Source: an uncultured Gemmatimonadaceae bacterium (GTDB taxonomy: Bacteria > Gemmatimonadota > Gemmatimonadetes > Gemmatimonadales > Gemmatimonadaceae). Taken from it: a DNA stretch of 64,000 nt. The position numbers and the translations under genes are program-made. Shown here in pieces: positions 40,365 to 50,339 of the stretch (positions are counted from its first letter, which is position 1; every line of letters starts with the position of its first letter). The notes beneath the pieces were generated by a model. The model was given only the letters and a program-made list of their open reading frames with translations. It did not search any database and had not been told where the DNA came from. Location: positions 480,001 through 544,000 of the forward strand of contig CAVUDW010000002.1 in assembly GCA_963740355.1 (NCBI GenBank). Direction: 5' to 3'.

Positions 40365-40850
40365 TTAGCGATCCTGACGGTGCCACTCGAAGCACAACGT
40401 GTCCGGCAGCATCGAATCGCTGTACAGCGGGATCGAGACGAAGCCCAGGCGTTCGTACAGCGCCCGTGCTGCCATCAGCTCCGGCGCAGTGTCGAGGCGC
40501 ACGCACGGGCGGCCGATTTCGACCGCGTGTGCCATCAACGCGCGCATCAGTAGTTCGCCAACTCCGTTGCCGCGGGCGCTGGGCCGAACGTACACCCGCT
40601 TGATCTCGGCGATGCCCGGCTCGATGAACGGTCGCAGTGCACCACACCCCGCCGGTTCACCATCGACGAGGCAGAGCAGCAGCAATCCGTCCGGCGGCAC
40701 AAAAGGCTGGGGCAGCGCGGCCAGGTCCTGATCGATGGTGGTCCATCGGCCATCGATGTGCGGTAAGGCCGCATACTCCCCCATCAGCTGGCGCGCGACG
40801 GAGACCAGCTCACGTCCTGAAGTTTCGTCGACCGCGATCAGCTCTGGCAT
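40365..40850 (-). CDS. GNAT family N-acetyltransferase
   Basis: GCGALR, AEIKRVYVRP.ARGNGVG, VRLDT, A.ALYERLGF. Confidence 0.9.
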   Translation of the reverse strand: MPELIAVDETSGRELVSVARQLMGEYAALPHIDGRWTTIDQDLAALPQPFVPPDGLLLLCLVDGEPAGCGALRPFIEPGIAEIKRVYVRPSARGNGVGELLMRALMAHAVEIGRPCVRLDTAPELMAARALYERLGFVSIPLYSDSMLPDTLCFEWHRQDR

Positions 40851-40875
40851 GCGTCTCTGGTCTGCGGCGACGTCG

Positions 40876-41310
40876 CTATTTCTTCAACGCCAGGACCAGC
40901 ACACCGCCGGCCACCATCGCGATCCCTGCCCATTCGCGAAGTGACGGACGTTCGCCAAGAAACGCGAAGGCGAAAACCGCGACGAGTACCAGACTCAATT
41001 TGTCCACGGGCGCGACCTTCGACGCCTCGCCCGCTTGCAGCGCTCGGAAGTAGCAGACCCACGATGCGCCGGTGGCGAGCCCTGAGAGCGTGAGGAACAG
41101 CACCGTCTTGCCGGACAAGGCAGTCGGATCACTCCATTTTCCAGTCGCGGCCACGAACACAGCCAGCACGACGATCACCACGCCGGTCCGGATCAGCGTG
41201 GCATAGTCGGAGTCGACGCCCTGAATGCCGATCTTCGCGAAGATTGCCGTCAGGGCGGCGAAGACGGCAGAGCCGAGTGCCCACGGAAACCAGTTGACGG
41301 AATTGGCCAT
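40876..41310 (-). CDS. EamA/DMT family small transporter
   Basis: WALGSAVFAALTAIFAKIGI, LSGLATGASW.CYFRALQ, VAPVDKLS, FLGE. Confidence 0.9.
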   Translation of the reverse strand: MANSVNWFPWALGSAVFAALTAIFAKIGIQGVDSDYATLIRTGVVIVVLAVFVAATGKWSDPTALSGKTVLFLTLSGLATGASWVCYFRALQAGEASKVAPVDKLSLVLVAVFAFAFLGERPSLREWAGIAMVAGGVLVLALKK

Positions 41311-41422
41311 GGAGAATGAATCGCGCCATGTGGGCAGTACTGGCAATCCCGCGCGCCGCACTCCTTGTTTGACGCGTACGACTTCGCATCGATCACGTGC
41401 TCATCCCGTGCCGCCCGCCGCC

Positions 41423-42940
41423 ATGCACCTGCGTCAGCAATTCCGCGCCCCATTCGGCTGTCTCGTCGTCGGCTGCACCCTGCTGTCGGCACCACTCGAG
41501 GCGCAGCGCTCAGCGCCACTGCCGCGTGTCGCCTCGAAAGCCGAAGTGATCGCGCGTGGCGACTCGCTCGCGCTACCCGGCAAGTGGACGCCGGTGCCTG
41601 GCGACGCCCTCTCGCACTACACGGCTGGATTCGCCACGACCCTCTGCGGTGCCGTCTTCATCACCGGTCTCAAACCGGCCGATGCGGCGGCGAACGTCGG
41701 CTTCTTCACGGGGCCACTCGAGTACCGCGGCGAGGTGAAGGACACCGTCATCGACTACGCCACGCAGACGGTCCGACTCACGCTCAGGAACGGCGTCACG
41801 CGCGTCGCGAAGCGCTATGGCAGTCAGGGCTGCGTGCCGCTGCCAGTCGGTGCCGACTCGGTGTCGTTCATACCATCGGTGGTGACGTCTACGCTGCCTC
41901 CCGCCGCGACGACCCCGTGGCCGATGGGCGATGTGCTGCCCACCACGCCGCTGCCGCGGAACATCGACACCACGCTCCTCGCCCGCGCACTCGACGAAGG
42001 CTTCGGCCCGCCTGAGGCAATGACGTTGGCGTTTGTCGTCACGTACAAGGGTCGGATCATCGGCGAGCGTTATGCGTCCGGCATCACGATCCACACGCCA
42101 CTGGAAAGCTGGTCGATGGGGAAGAGTCTTACCGGGACGCTGGTGGCGCGACTGATCCAGATGGGGACGTACAAGCTCGACCAGCCGGCGCCGTTCCCGG
42201 AGTGGCAGACCCCGGGAGATCCGCGCCAGAAGATCCGCATCATGGACATCATGCGGATGTCGAGTGGTCTCCGGCTGCGCGCGCCGCAGGACCCGGACTA
42301 CGATCCCGCGCTCGGCTATCCGGAGCATCTCTACCTGTACGCCGGATCGGTGAACTCGTATCAGTTCGCGGTGTCGCGCCCGCAGCAGTGGGAACCGGGC
42401 ACTGTCGGCCGTTATCGCAACGTCGATCCAGTGCTGGCGAGTTACCTGGTGCGACTCGGTGTCGAGAAGCGTGGCGAGGACTACCACTCGTTTCCGACCC
42501 GTGCGCTGTTCGACAAGATCGGGATGCGCGACGTCGTAATCTACACCGATCCGTACGGCAACTTCCTCGGTCAGGGTGCCGAAGTGATCGCAGCCCGCGA
42601 CTGGGCTCGGCTGGGCAACCTGTACCTGCAGGATGGCGTGTGGAACGGTGAGCGGTTGCTCCCATCCGGCTATGTGAACTATGCGCGGACGCTGGCGCCG
42701 GGCTGGGTGGCTGATGGCCGACCAGTGTATGGCGGCGGATTCTTCTGGATCAACGGCGACGGCGAGCAGCCGATGCCGCGAACGGCGTATGCGATGCTTG
42801 GCGCTGGCGGTCAAAGCGCCTGGATCGTGCCGTCGCACGACCTCGTGATCGTGCGCATCGGGAAGTACCGGGGCGACGAGGCAGGTGAAGCCGCACGCGA
42901 GAAGGGGACGGCAACCCTTCTGGAAGCGATCCGGAGGTAG
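41423..42940 (+). CDS. secreted serine hydrolase (beta-lactamase class C-like family)
   Basis: SxxK in SWSMGKS, MRMSSGL, ARDWARLG.LYLQDGVW.GERLLP, GAGGQ; signal peptide. Confidence 0.9.
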   Translation: MHLRQQFRAPFGCLVVGCTLLSAPLEAQRSAPLPRVASKAEVIARGDSLALPGKWTPVPGDALSHYTAGFATTLCGAVFITGLKPADAAANVGFFTGPLEYRGEVKDTVIDYATQTVRLTLRNGVTRVAKRYGSQGCVPLPVGADSVSFIPSVVTSTLPPAATTPWPMGDVLPTTPLPRNIDTTLLARALDEGFGPPEAMTLAFVVTYKGRIIGERYASGITIHTPLESWSMGKSLTGTLVARLIQMGTYKLDQPAPFPEWQTPGDPRQKIRIMDIMRMSSGLRLRAPQDPDYDPALGYPEHLYLYAGSVNSYQFAVSRPQQWEPGTVGRYRNVDPVLASYLVRLGVEKRGEDYHSFPTRALFDKIGMRDVVIYTDPYGNFLGQGAEVIAARDWARLGNLYLQDGVWNGERLLPSGYVNYARTLAPGWVADGRPVYGGGFFWINGDGEQPMPRTAYAMLGAGGQSAWIVPSHDLVIVRIGKYRGDEAGEAAREKGTATLLEAIRR

Positions 42941-43149
42941 GCAGCCCCCAAAGGCGACGGCTGGACGAGCCCCGTAGATCCGGTTTTTCGGGTCCGGCGT
43001 AGTTGAGTACGGTGATGGGAACCGAGGTCTGCCATTGCCGAGCCCCGGGTTCGGGTTCGGCAGCGGATGAGTCGGTTCGCCTGATCCGGCGTCGCTCTAC
43101 TCGCATCCGAGTGGAGACGCTCAACTCACCGTACACGGAGAATCAACCG

Positions 43150-43914
43150 ATGAAGGTTCGTCCTCTCGCTCTCGCCACCCTCGCCCTGGTCGTCGCGCCC
43201 ACTATTGCAGCCGCCCAGATCGTCTCCACCGTGACCGCAACTGCGGCCGCCAAGGAACAGGCCGCCGAGCGTCGCCAACTCCTCGACGCCCGAGTGGACG
43301 CTGCCGCGGCCGTTCGTGCGGCACGACCGGAATCCCGCGAAGCCGCTCCGGAGCGCGGCGCACGTCGCTCGGCAACCGCTTCGGCAGCGTTTGCCGCATC
43401 AGCGACCGAAATGCAGTTCCGTGCAGAGCTTCGCGCCTACCAGCAGGGCTTGAATCACAAGGCGGCTGAATTGCGCGCCGAAGTGCAGGCGGGCACGAAG
43501 ACGTCCGCCGAGATGGCAACCGAGCTGAAGGCCTATCGCGAAGCCAATCGCCCCCAAAATCCCGAGGCATCCACGGAAGGTCAGAAGTCGGCCACTCCGC
43601 CGGCCGATGAGCCGGCGAAGCCGAGCAAGAGTGCGTCCGCAACGTCGCAGAGTTCGGCTGCTGCGACGGGACGTGCCGAGGGTGCGTCAGGTCGCCGTAC
43701 GGTGAATGGTCAGGCCGACGCCAGCGCCACGAATCGTACCTCTGCCGGCCGGAGTGGCGTCACGAGCGAGACAAGCGCATCGGCAACCGCCCGCGCAGGT
43801 GCTCAGTCCACCAAGCCGTCTCCGACGCCCGCAGAAAAGCCGGCAGCCACACCGGAAAAGCCCGCGCCGGCAACGAACACCTCAGGCAAGCCCACCGCGC
43901 ATCAGGAGCGGTGA
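43150..43914 (+). CDS. secreted helical protein with A/S/T/P-rich tail (paralog of 38140..38556)
   Basis: GGAG RBS; signal peptide ending AAA; ELRAYQQGL...LRAEVQAGTKT..EMATELKAYREANRP. Confidence 0.8.
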   Translation: MKVRPLALATLALVVAPTIAAAQIVSTVTATAAAKEQAAERRQLLDARVDAAAAVRAARPESREAAPERGARRSATASAAFAASATEMQFRAELRAYQQGLNHKAAELRAEVQAGTKTSAEMATELKAYREANRPQNPEASTEGQKSATPPADEPAKPSKSASATSQSSAAATGRAEGASGRRTVNGQADASATNRTSAGRSGVTSETSASATARAGAQSTKPSPTPAEKPAATPEKPAPATNTSGKPTAHQER

Positions 43915-43948
43915 TCCGCAGTCGCGGCATCGCCTACTCGCGCGACAC

Positions 43949-45235
43949 ATGTATCCAACCGCTTTGGCGCGGATGTGCGCCGTCAACGTCGTCTGTGCGA
44001 CGTTGGCGGCGGTACCCGCCCACTCCCTCCATGCGCAGGTGTCCCCGCTGCGCCGTACACCGTCGGTTGACCGCGAAGCGGACAGCGTGATCGCTGCAAT
44101 TCTTGCTGATACCGTCGGCCTCGGCGCATCACGCATGCCCACGGCACGCGCGCGCCAGAGTGTCACGATTCGTCCAGTGAGTCGATCGTATCGCGTCGGC
44201 AACATCGACGCAGCCGAGGCAGGTGTTTACTCCAGCTTCGTGACACGTTATCCACGGGCGACCATCCGCTTCGATGTCACGCCGCTCACCTTTCGTGGCG
44301 ACACGTCAGGCACCACCGGTCGCCCACAGGTTCGGTTCGGTGGTCTGTCACCTGTGTCTGGTCGGATCGACCTGCGCGTGCGCTCAGCCGACACGCTCCG
44401 CTTCTTCGCACAATCGGGATCGACACCTGGCGCGTTGAGCGCGGCAGATGCCCAGGCACTCGGTGCCGTCGGCACCAGCACGATCGACCTCGATGCGGCC
44501 ACGCTGGGAATCGCGCCGCGCATCGGCACCCGGTACGCGCTCACGCAGGCGATCGGCACCAGTGGAGTTGCGCTGTCATTGCGCGGTGGGCTCGAGTACG
44601 ACCCGAAGCCGCGTGGTAGCGACGCGGTGAGCTGGCGCGGCACGACGGTTCGTGGCGGTGTGGGGCTCTCAGGCACGTCGGTCAGCACGACGGGTGGTGC
44701 GTTGGTGGAAGTCACACAGAGTTTTGCGGATTCGCTTGCCGGTCGCAATCTCTTTCCGGGCGGCGGATCGCTGAATGTCGAAGCTCGCCTGCTGCGGTTG
44801 ATGGGCGCTGACGGCGGTGGCCTGTTCGCGCTGAACACCTTCTACTCGCGGCCGCTCAGCATTCAGCGTCAGAATGTGAAAACTCGGTTGCTCCCGATCG
44901 GTGACTTCATGGGTGCGACCGCAGCAGGTGCCCTGCCGATCGGTCGGTTCTCGCTCCTGCCAACGGTCACGGTCCTGCGTGAGTCGAGCCGATCGCAAAG
45001 CACGAGCGGCGGGACGACCACACGGCGCGAGGCCAGTGGCTCGACACTGGTGACGGCGATGGGCATGGCAATTCCACTTGGCCGGCACCTGACGCTGACG
45101 CCGGAGGGAGGCGCGGCTTTTGGTTCGGTGGGCCAGACTTCAACGTCACCATCGGTGATCGGGAACCGGCGGCAGTCGTTTCGCGACAGCATTCGCGGTC
45201 GCTACCTCACACTGGAGATTTCACTGCGGGAGTGA
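43949..45235 (+). CDS. secreted beta-strand-rich protein, putative outer-membrane beta-barrel (paralog of 38597..39901)
   Basis: Shared motifs IAA.LADT, DAQALG.VGTSTIDLDA, EYDPKP.G..AVSWRGTTVRGGVGLS, SFADSL.G.NLFPGGG. Confidence 0.7.
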   Translation: MYPTALARMCAVNVVCATLAAVPAHSLHAQVSPLRRTPSVDREADSVIAAILADTVGLGASRMPTARARQSVTIRPVSRSYRVGNIDAAEAGVYSSFVTRYPRATIRFDVTPLTFRGDTSGTTGRPQVRFGGLSPVSGRIDLRVRSADTLRFFAQSGSTPGALSAADAQALGAVGTSTIDLDAATLGIAPRIGTRYALTQAIGTSGVALSLRGGLEYDPKPRGSDAVSWRGTTVRGGVGLSGTSVSTTGGALVEVTQSFADSLAGRNLFPGGGSLNVEARLLRLMGADGGGLFALNTFYSRPLSIQRQNVKTRLLPIGDFMGATAAGALPIGRFSLLPTVTVLRESSRSQSTSGGTTTRREASGSTLVTAMGMAIPLGRHLTLTPEGGAAFGSVGQTSTSPSVIGNRRQSFRDSIRGRYLTLEISLRE

Positions 45236-45400
45236 TCCGTGACTGACGGGTTCTCGGTTTACGGAACTCAACATCCGGAAGGTCACGGTGCCCGGGTGAC
45301 CGCGTTGCATGGCTCCGCGCGGTCGCTCGCTCGAGGGCAGGATTCGTCGTAGCTTTGCGGCTGTGGTCAAATCTTTGCCCTCCCCTCCGTCGAGCGCGAA

Positions 45401-46624
45401 ATGATGCACCGTTCGCCTGTCCTCATGCGCTGCGGGATTCTTTTCGCTGCCAGCGTTGCGCTGGTCCGAGCGGCTGGCGCGCAGTCGCCGCCGCGCCAGA
45501 CGGAGTCGGATGCCTGGACGCGCTACGAGCTGCTCGCGCCCGGCTCCGCAAAATTCCGCATCATCTACGAAGTCACCGCCACGACTGCCGGTGCGGTGTA
45601 CTACTTCAATCCGATCCGACAGGGCAGTATCGCGACGGATGAAAGCGTCGTCGATCGCGCCACGGGCAAGCCGCTGCCGTTCGAGGTGGTGGGGGCCACG
45701 GAAGCGCGTGCTGGTGGTGTGCGCGGTGATAGCCTGCAGACGTATATCCGTGTGAAGCTTGCGAGGCCGGTGCCAGCGGACGGCGGCGAACAGCGGGTGC
45801 TGATCCTCAAGACGTATCAGGACGCCGCGTCGTACTTCGCTCGCGGTGATACGATCGTCTTCACGAGGCCACTCGGCATCAAGCGAAACGTGATCGTGCT
45901 GCCGGCCGGCTATGAGCTGGTGTCGTCAGCCTTCCCGTCGCAGGTGCTGCAGGAAGCCGACGGTCGCCTTGCGCTGAGTTTCTGGAACGCGACGCCCTCC
46001 GAGGCGGCTGTCACCATCCGCGCGGTACCGGCCAGGAATGTGCGGCCCAACACGTCGAGTGTCGCTGCGCGACTGGTCGAGCGTTCACACCAGGACCGTG
46101 AGATCGTGTATTTCCTGCAGCAGCCGGAGACGCACGCCTTCGACCTGTACCACGACTACACTGAATCGCGACCAGGCACGAGCACCTATCTCAATGTGGT
46201 GCGCGCCGGCAGCACCGTCTCGAATCCCCGGGCCATGAATCTCGATACTGGCCAGCCGCTGGTGTTCGAGACACTGAAGGGTGATGCGGTCACGAAGGCG
46301 GGCCTGAGCGTTCCGGACCTGACGCCACAGACGGAAGTGGTCGTCTTTCGTTTTCCGCCCGTCGCCGCTGGAACGTCGGTACGACTGCGCATGTTCGAGA
46401 CCTACACCGATCCCGCGCGTTACACCGTCGTGAACGACGAACTGGTCTGGGATAGAAGCTTTGGCCGTCCGGCAAATGCCGTCGTGCTGCCATCGGGCTG
46501 GTTGCTGACCAACAGCACGGTGCCGGCAACAGTCAGTACGCTGCCCGACGGACGTGTGCGACTCGACTTCATCAATCCCCGCGCGGATGAAATTGGTGTG
46601 CTGATCACCGCGCGGCGCCGGTAA
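45401..46624 (+). CDS. secreted hypothetical protein with internally duplicated domain
   Basis: Signal peptide; the two halves share N..R.GS, TG.PL.FE, TY.D...Y, N..VLP.G..L and DGR..L.F.N motifs. Confidence 0.75.
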   Translation: MMHRSPVLMRCGILFAASVALVRAAGAQSPPRQTESDAWTRYELLAPGSAKFRIIYEVTATTAGAVYYFNPIRQGSIATDESVVDRATGKPLPFEVVGATEARAGGVRGDSLQTYIRVKLARPVPADGGEQRVLILKTYQDAASYFARGDTIVFTRPLGIKRNVIVLPAGYELVSSAFPSQVLQEADGRLALSFWNATPSEAAVTIRAVPARNVRPNTSSVAARLVERSHQDREIVYFLQQPETHAFDLYHDYTESRPGTSTYLNVVRAGSTVSNPRAMNLDTGQPLVFETLKGDAVTKAGLSVPDLTPQTEVVVFRFPPVAAGTSVRLRMFETYTDPARYTVVNDELVWDRSFGRPANAVVLPSGWLLTNSTVPATVSTLPDGRVRLDFINPRADEIGVLITARRR

Positions 46625-46645
46625 GTTGGTGCCTCGCAAACGCCG

Positions 46646-47404
46646 CTAGCGGACGGACAGGCGCGGGTCGAGTCGCAGGATCATCGTCTTCCTCGCAGCG
46701 ATCAAGCCACTGTAAGACTTGTTGAACCCAGCCGTGCGCACGCGATCCTGGTACCGTTGCCAGTCGCCAAGATTCTGGATGCCGAAGACCCGGACGTAGT
46801 CCCAACCATCAGCGACCAGCATCCGCCCGGTTTCCGACCAACCGAACGACCGCGTCGACTGTTCGAAGGGCCGCACCGCATTCTTCAGCGCGACCTCGAA
46901 GCTGGCCTGCGCACCGGGTGCGAGACGGATGTACTCGAACACTGTGAGGGTCGCCGAGTCGGATGCACTGTCGCTCAGCATCGGGATCATCTCGACGAAC
47001 TGATCGTGATGCGACTGCGTCATCGCTGAGAGTGTCCCGTACAGCGCCAGTGCGGATTTGCCCGAGGCACCCGGGCGGCGCAACCCCTCGTTCGCCGCGT
47101 CCATGCCCGCCATGTTGTCGTAGGAGCTGATCACGACCAGGTCGAGTGGTTCCGGACTCTCCGTCTCCCGATACGCACGAAACTGGCGCATCGCCGGGAT
47201 GTCAGCGTAGATCGGCTTCAACTGTTGCTCGTAGATCGCCATCGCCTCTGCGCTTCTTCCCGGCTGAAAGAGGAAGGTCACGATCTGGCGCACGTTGCTC
47301 GGCGGGAATGTCACTTGCGCCGAGACTGTGCGTGGCGCGCTGACGAGCAGCAGCCCCGCAAGAAGGAACGCGGAGCTCCGCTGGCAGAGGTGTCGCGTCG
47401 TCAC
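46646..47404 (-). CDS. secreted hypothetical protein (dimeric alpha-beta barrel / NIPSNAP-like)
   Basis: GTG start overlaps the matC stop (GTGA); signal peptide; two ferredoxin-like repeats (F.FQPGR / YIRLAPGA). Confidence 0.6.
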   Translation of the reverse strand: MTTRHLCQRSSAFLLAGLLLVSAPRTVSAQVTFPPSNVRQIVTFLFQPGRSAEAMAIYEQQLKPIYADIPAMRQFRAYRETESPEPLDLVVISSYDNMAGMDAANEGLRRPGASGKSALALYGTLSAMTQSHHDQFVEMIPMLSDSASDSATLTVFEYIRLAPGAQASFEVALKNAVRPFEQSTRSFGWSETGRMLVADGWDYVRVFGIQNLGDWQRYQDRVRTAGFNKSYSGLIAARKTMILRLDPRLSVR

Positions 47405-48645
47405 GAGAAGAATCCGATGAATAGCTGGCAGAACAGGGCACCGGCGAGCGTCATGGAGAATCCCCACAGCAGTAGCTGGCGAAACAGCTTCTTCGCGTCG
47501 TCGCTGCCCTGCGGCAAGGCGGCGATGCAGAGCGCACCGATGGTGGAGAGTGGCGACACATCGACCAGTGCCGCGCCAACGTTGATGCTCATCGCCACCT
47601 GCAGGGCATCACCGCCGCCGAGCTTCTGCACCAGCCCCGGCACGGCGGGAATGAATGCTGGATAGACCACGCCCGACGTCGAGCTGTAGGTCGAGATCAG
47701 CCCCGTAATTCCTGCGATCGCGCCATTCACGGTGGTCGGTGTGGCGATGCGTGCGAGGAGCGTCGTGAACAAGTCCATGCCGCCCGTCTTTTCCAGCACG
47801 CCGATCAGCACGCTCACACCGCAGACCATCAGGATCACGGCCCACGGGATCTGTTTCACCGAAGCCGCATCATCGCCGAGGCCGGAGAGGATCAGCAGGC
47901 TGGCAGCCACAAAGGCGGACAGGCCGGGGTTGAGCTTGAACACCACGACGGCCAACACCCACAGCGCAATGATGCCGATCGTGCTCCAGTGTCGCGACGT
48001 GAGCGGCTTCGGTTCGCTCAGCAATTCAACACTGCCCGCCTTCAGCAGCGCAGGGCCTCCGAACAGAAACCATGCCGCCAGTGATGCCAGTGCATGCGCA
48101 GTAAAGTTTGCACTCCAGACTCCCCACAGATGTCCTTCGAGCCCGATCTTCGCCATCGAGCTGTGCACGATTACACCAACCGCACTGATGGGAGAGAGGT
48201 TGCCGGCGTTGGCGCCGTTGCCGACCATCAGTGCCGCCAGAAACACCGGCATGCGCGCTTGCACGGCGATGCCCATTGCAATCGGTGCCAGCAGCGCCGT
48301 GGCCGAGATGGCGCCGGGGCCTGCCGTTGACAGTGCGCACGCCATCAGAAAGAACAACAAGGGCAACGCCGCCGCGCGTCCACGAAGCAGCGTGACGGTG
48401 GATTGCGCGAGCGCGTCCATCGTGCCGTTGGCCTGTGCGACGCCGAACAACACACTGACGCCGACCAGCGTCAGGAACAGCGTGCTGGGGAAGGTGGACA
48501 TGACCGCATCGACCTTCCAGTGCGCCGCGAAGATCGCGATCGGCCACGCCAGCGCGACGGCAAGAACACCGACGTTGATGCGCGAGGTGAGGCTGCCTGC
48601 GATCACCAGCAGCAGTGCCAGCAAGGAGAGGAGTGCGGGACTCAT
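47401..48645 (-). CDS. matC: dicarboxylate carrier MatC / SLC13 family permease
   Basis: INVGVLA, FP.TLFLTLVGV..LF..AQ.NGT, A.AG.LSPIS, YSSTSGV, DVSPLST.GAL; adjacent to a matB-like gene. Confidence 0.8.
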   Translation of the reverse strand: MSPALLSLLALLLVIAGSLTSRINVGVLAVALAWPIAIFAAHWKVDAVMSTFPSTLFLTLVGVSVLFGVAQANGTMDALAQSTVTLLRGRAAALPLLFFLMACALSTAGPGAISATALLAPIAMGIAVQARMPVFLAALMVGNGANAGNLSPISAVGVIVHSSMAKIGLEGHLWGVWSANFTAHALASLAAWFLFGGPALLKAGSVELLSEPKPLTSRHWSTIGIIALWVLAVVVFKLNPGLSAFVAASLLILSGLGDDAASVKQIPWAVILMVCGVSVLIGVLEKTGGMDLFTTLLARIATPTTVNGAIAGITGLISTYSSTSGVVYPAFIPAVPGLVQKLGGGDALQVAMSINVGAALVDVSPLSTIGALCIAALPQGSDDAKKLFRQLLLWGFSMTLAGALFCQLFIGFFS

Positions 48646-48646
48646 C

Positions 48647-50137
48647 TCAGGGCGCTGGCGGCAGCAGGTGTTTCTGCACCTTGCCCAGCGCGGTGCGCGG
48701 GAGCGTGTCGATCCGGACGAATGCGCGGGGAATCTTGAAGGAGGCGAGCTGTGTTCGCAGGTGTGCCTCGAGCGCACTCGCGTCGATGTCGGCGTCGCAC
48801 ACGATGTAGGCTACCGGTACTTCGCCCCGTGACGGGTCCGGGCGTCCGACCACGGTGGCTTCACGGATGCCCGGTTGCTCGAGCAGCAGTTCCTCGATCT
48901 CACGAGGGTAAATGTTGAATCCCCCCGAGATGATCAGCTCACTGCGCCGGCCTTCGAGGGTGATGTACCCATCGGCTGCACGCACGCCGATGTCGCCGGT
49001 GTGAAACCAGCCGTCGGCAAACGCCGTCGCGTTGGCGTCGGGGCGATTCCAGTATCCGCTGCATACGTTTGGCCCCCGCACCCACAACTCACCGCTGGTG
49101 CCATCCGGAACATCGGTGCCACCCTCACTCACGATGCGAACGGAGGTGAGCGAAAGCGGCAACCCGACGGTGCCAGCCCGGCGCTCGCCGACGTAGGGAT
49201 TGCTGACGTTCATCAGCGTCTCGGTCATGCCGTAGCGCTCGAGGATCACATGGCCGAAACGGACCTGAAACGCCTCCAGCACATGCGCGGGTAGCGGAGC
49301 GGAGCCGCAGACGAACAGGCGCGCGTGGTCGCCGATCGTGCGCGCCGTCTCCCCGGCCAGATCCAGCAGGCGGATGTACATCGTCGGCACGCCGAAGAAG
49401 ACGCTCGGTTTGTAGGCGGAGAACAGCTCTGCCGCCTTCGACGCCTCGAAACGCGCCACCAGCTTCATGTGGCAGCCGCTCAGGAGCCAGCAGTGCAGGG
49501 AATTGCCCAGCCCGTGCACGTGAAACAACGGCAGTGCGGTCAGCAGCCGATCGTCGTGGTGCATCGCCCAGCAGGCATTCAGCACCAGCGCATTGCTGGC
49601 AAAGTTTCCGTGCGTAAGGATCGCGCCTTTGGACGCACCGGTCGTTCCCGATGTGTAGACCAGCGCGAGCGGCGTTTCCGCGCCACAAACCGTCGTGTCT
49701 ACGACACTCGGGCGACCATGCGTCGAATCATGTGCGAGCGACTCCCGGGCCAGCACCCCTACATCCCATCCCGGCACTCCAGCTGGAAGATCCGGCATCC
49801 GGTCGGGGGTCGTGATCACGGCAGTCGGGGCTGAATCACCGACGATGTGTGCAATCTCGCGCGACTGATAGAGCACGTTGATCGGCACCACGATCACGCC
49901 CAGCTTCACACAGGCCAGCCACAGATCGATGATCTCGACCCGGTTCGTGAGCAGGAAGGCCAGGCGGTCACCCTGCGACAGCCCGCGATCGTGCAGCGCT
50001 CGTGCCCAGCGATTGCTTCGGTGCTCCAGTTGGCCGAAGGTGAACGATTCGGTCGTTCCGTCCGGCGTGTCGGCATCGAGTGCCACACGATCGGCGGCGC
50101 CGAGCAGGGTGTGATCGAGGAGAGTGAGCAGCGACAC
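48647..50137 (-). CDS. matB: malonyl-CoA synthetase-like acyl-CoA ligase
   Basis: YTSGTTG.SKGA, LPLFHVHGL, GVPTMY.RL, GSAPL, ILERYGMTET, SNPY.GERRAGTVG, GKVQK. Confidence 0.85.
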   Translation of the reverse strand: MSLLTLLDHTLLGAADRVALDADTPDGTTESFTFGQLEHRSNRWARALHDRGLSQGDRLAFLLTNRVEIIDLWLACVKLGVIVVPINVLYQSREIAHIVGDSAPTAVITTPDRMPDLPAGVPGWDVGVLARESLAHDSTHGRPSVVDTTVCGAETPLALVYTSGTTGASKGAILTHGNFASNALVLNACWAMHHDDRLLTALPLFHVHGLGNSLHCWLLSGCHMKLVARFEASKAAELFSAYKPSVFFGVPTMYIRLLDLAGETARTIGDHARLFVCGSAPLPAHVLEAFQVRFGHVILERYGMTETLMNVSNPYVGERRAGTVGLPLSLTSVRIVSEGGTDVPDGTSGELWVRGPNVCSGYWNRPDANATAFADGWFHTGDIGVRAADGYITLEGRRSELIISGGFNIYPREIEELLLEQPGIREATVVGRPDPSRGEVPVAYIVCDADIDASALEAHLRTQLASFKIPRAFVRIDTLPRTALGKVQKHLLPPAP

Positions 50138-50339
50138 GTCTGGTCCGTGGGGTGGCTCGAAGGCTGGAGCGCGCAAGGGGCATGGCGAACGATCGCGCGA
50201 CGTGCCACACGATACCGCCGTTGCGCCTGCTTGGATACTCGCAGGGCTGCGCGGCGTGCTCCATCTTTCTGGGGTGAGTGCCGATGCGTGACGCACATGT
50301 CAGCGCACAGCCCTTCGGCGTCAGCCTGCGGAGCGCGAT

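Noticed and set aside
41423..42940. Antibiotic-resistance beta-lactamase
   Set aside because: The motifs fit the broad family of serine hydrolases and esterases; nothing indicates true beta-lactamase activity.
42941..43149. Riboswitch or ncRNA in hairpin-containing intergenic regions (also 28474..28690 and 45236..45400)
   Set aside because: Stems are present but I could not match any known riboswitch consensus; an Infernal/Rfam scan would be needed.
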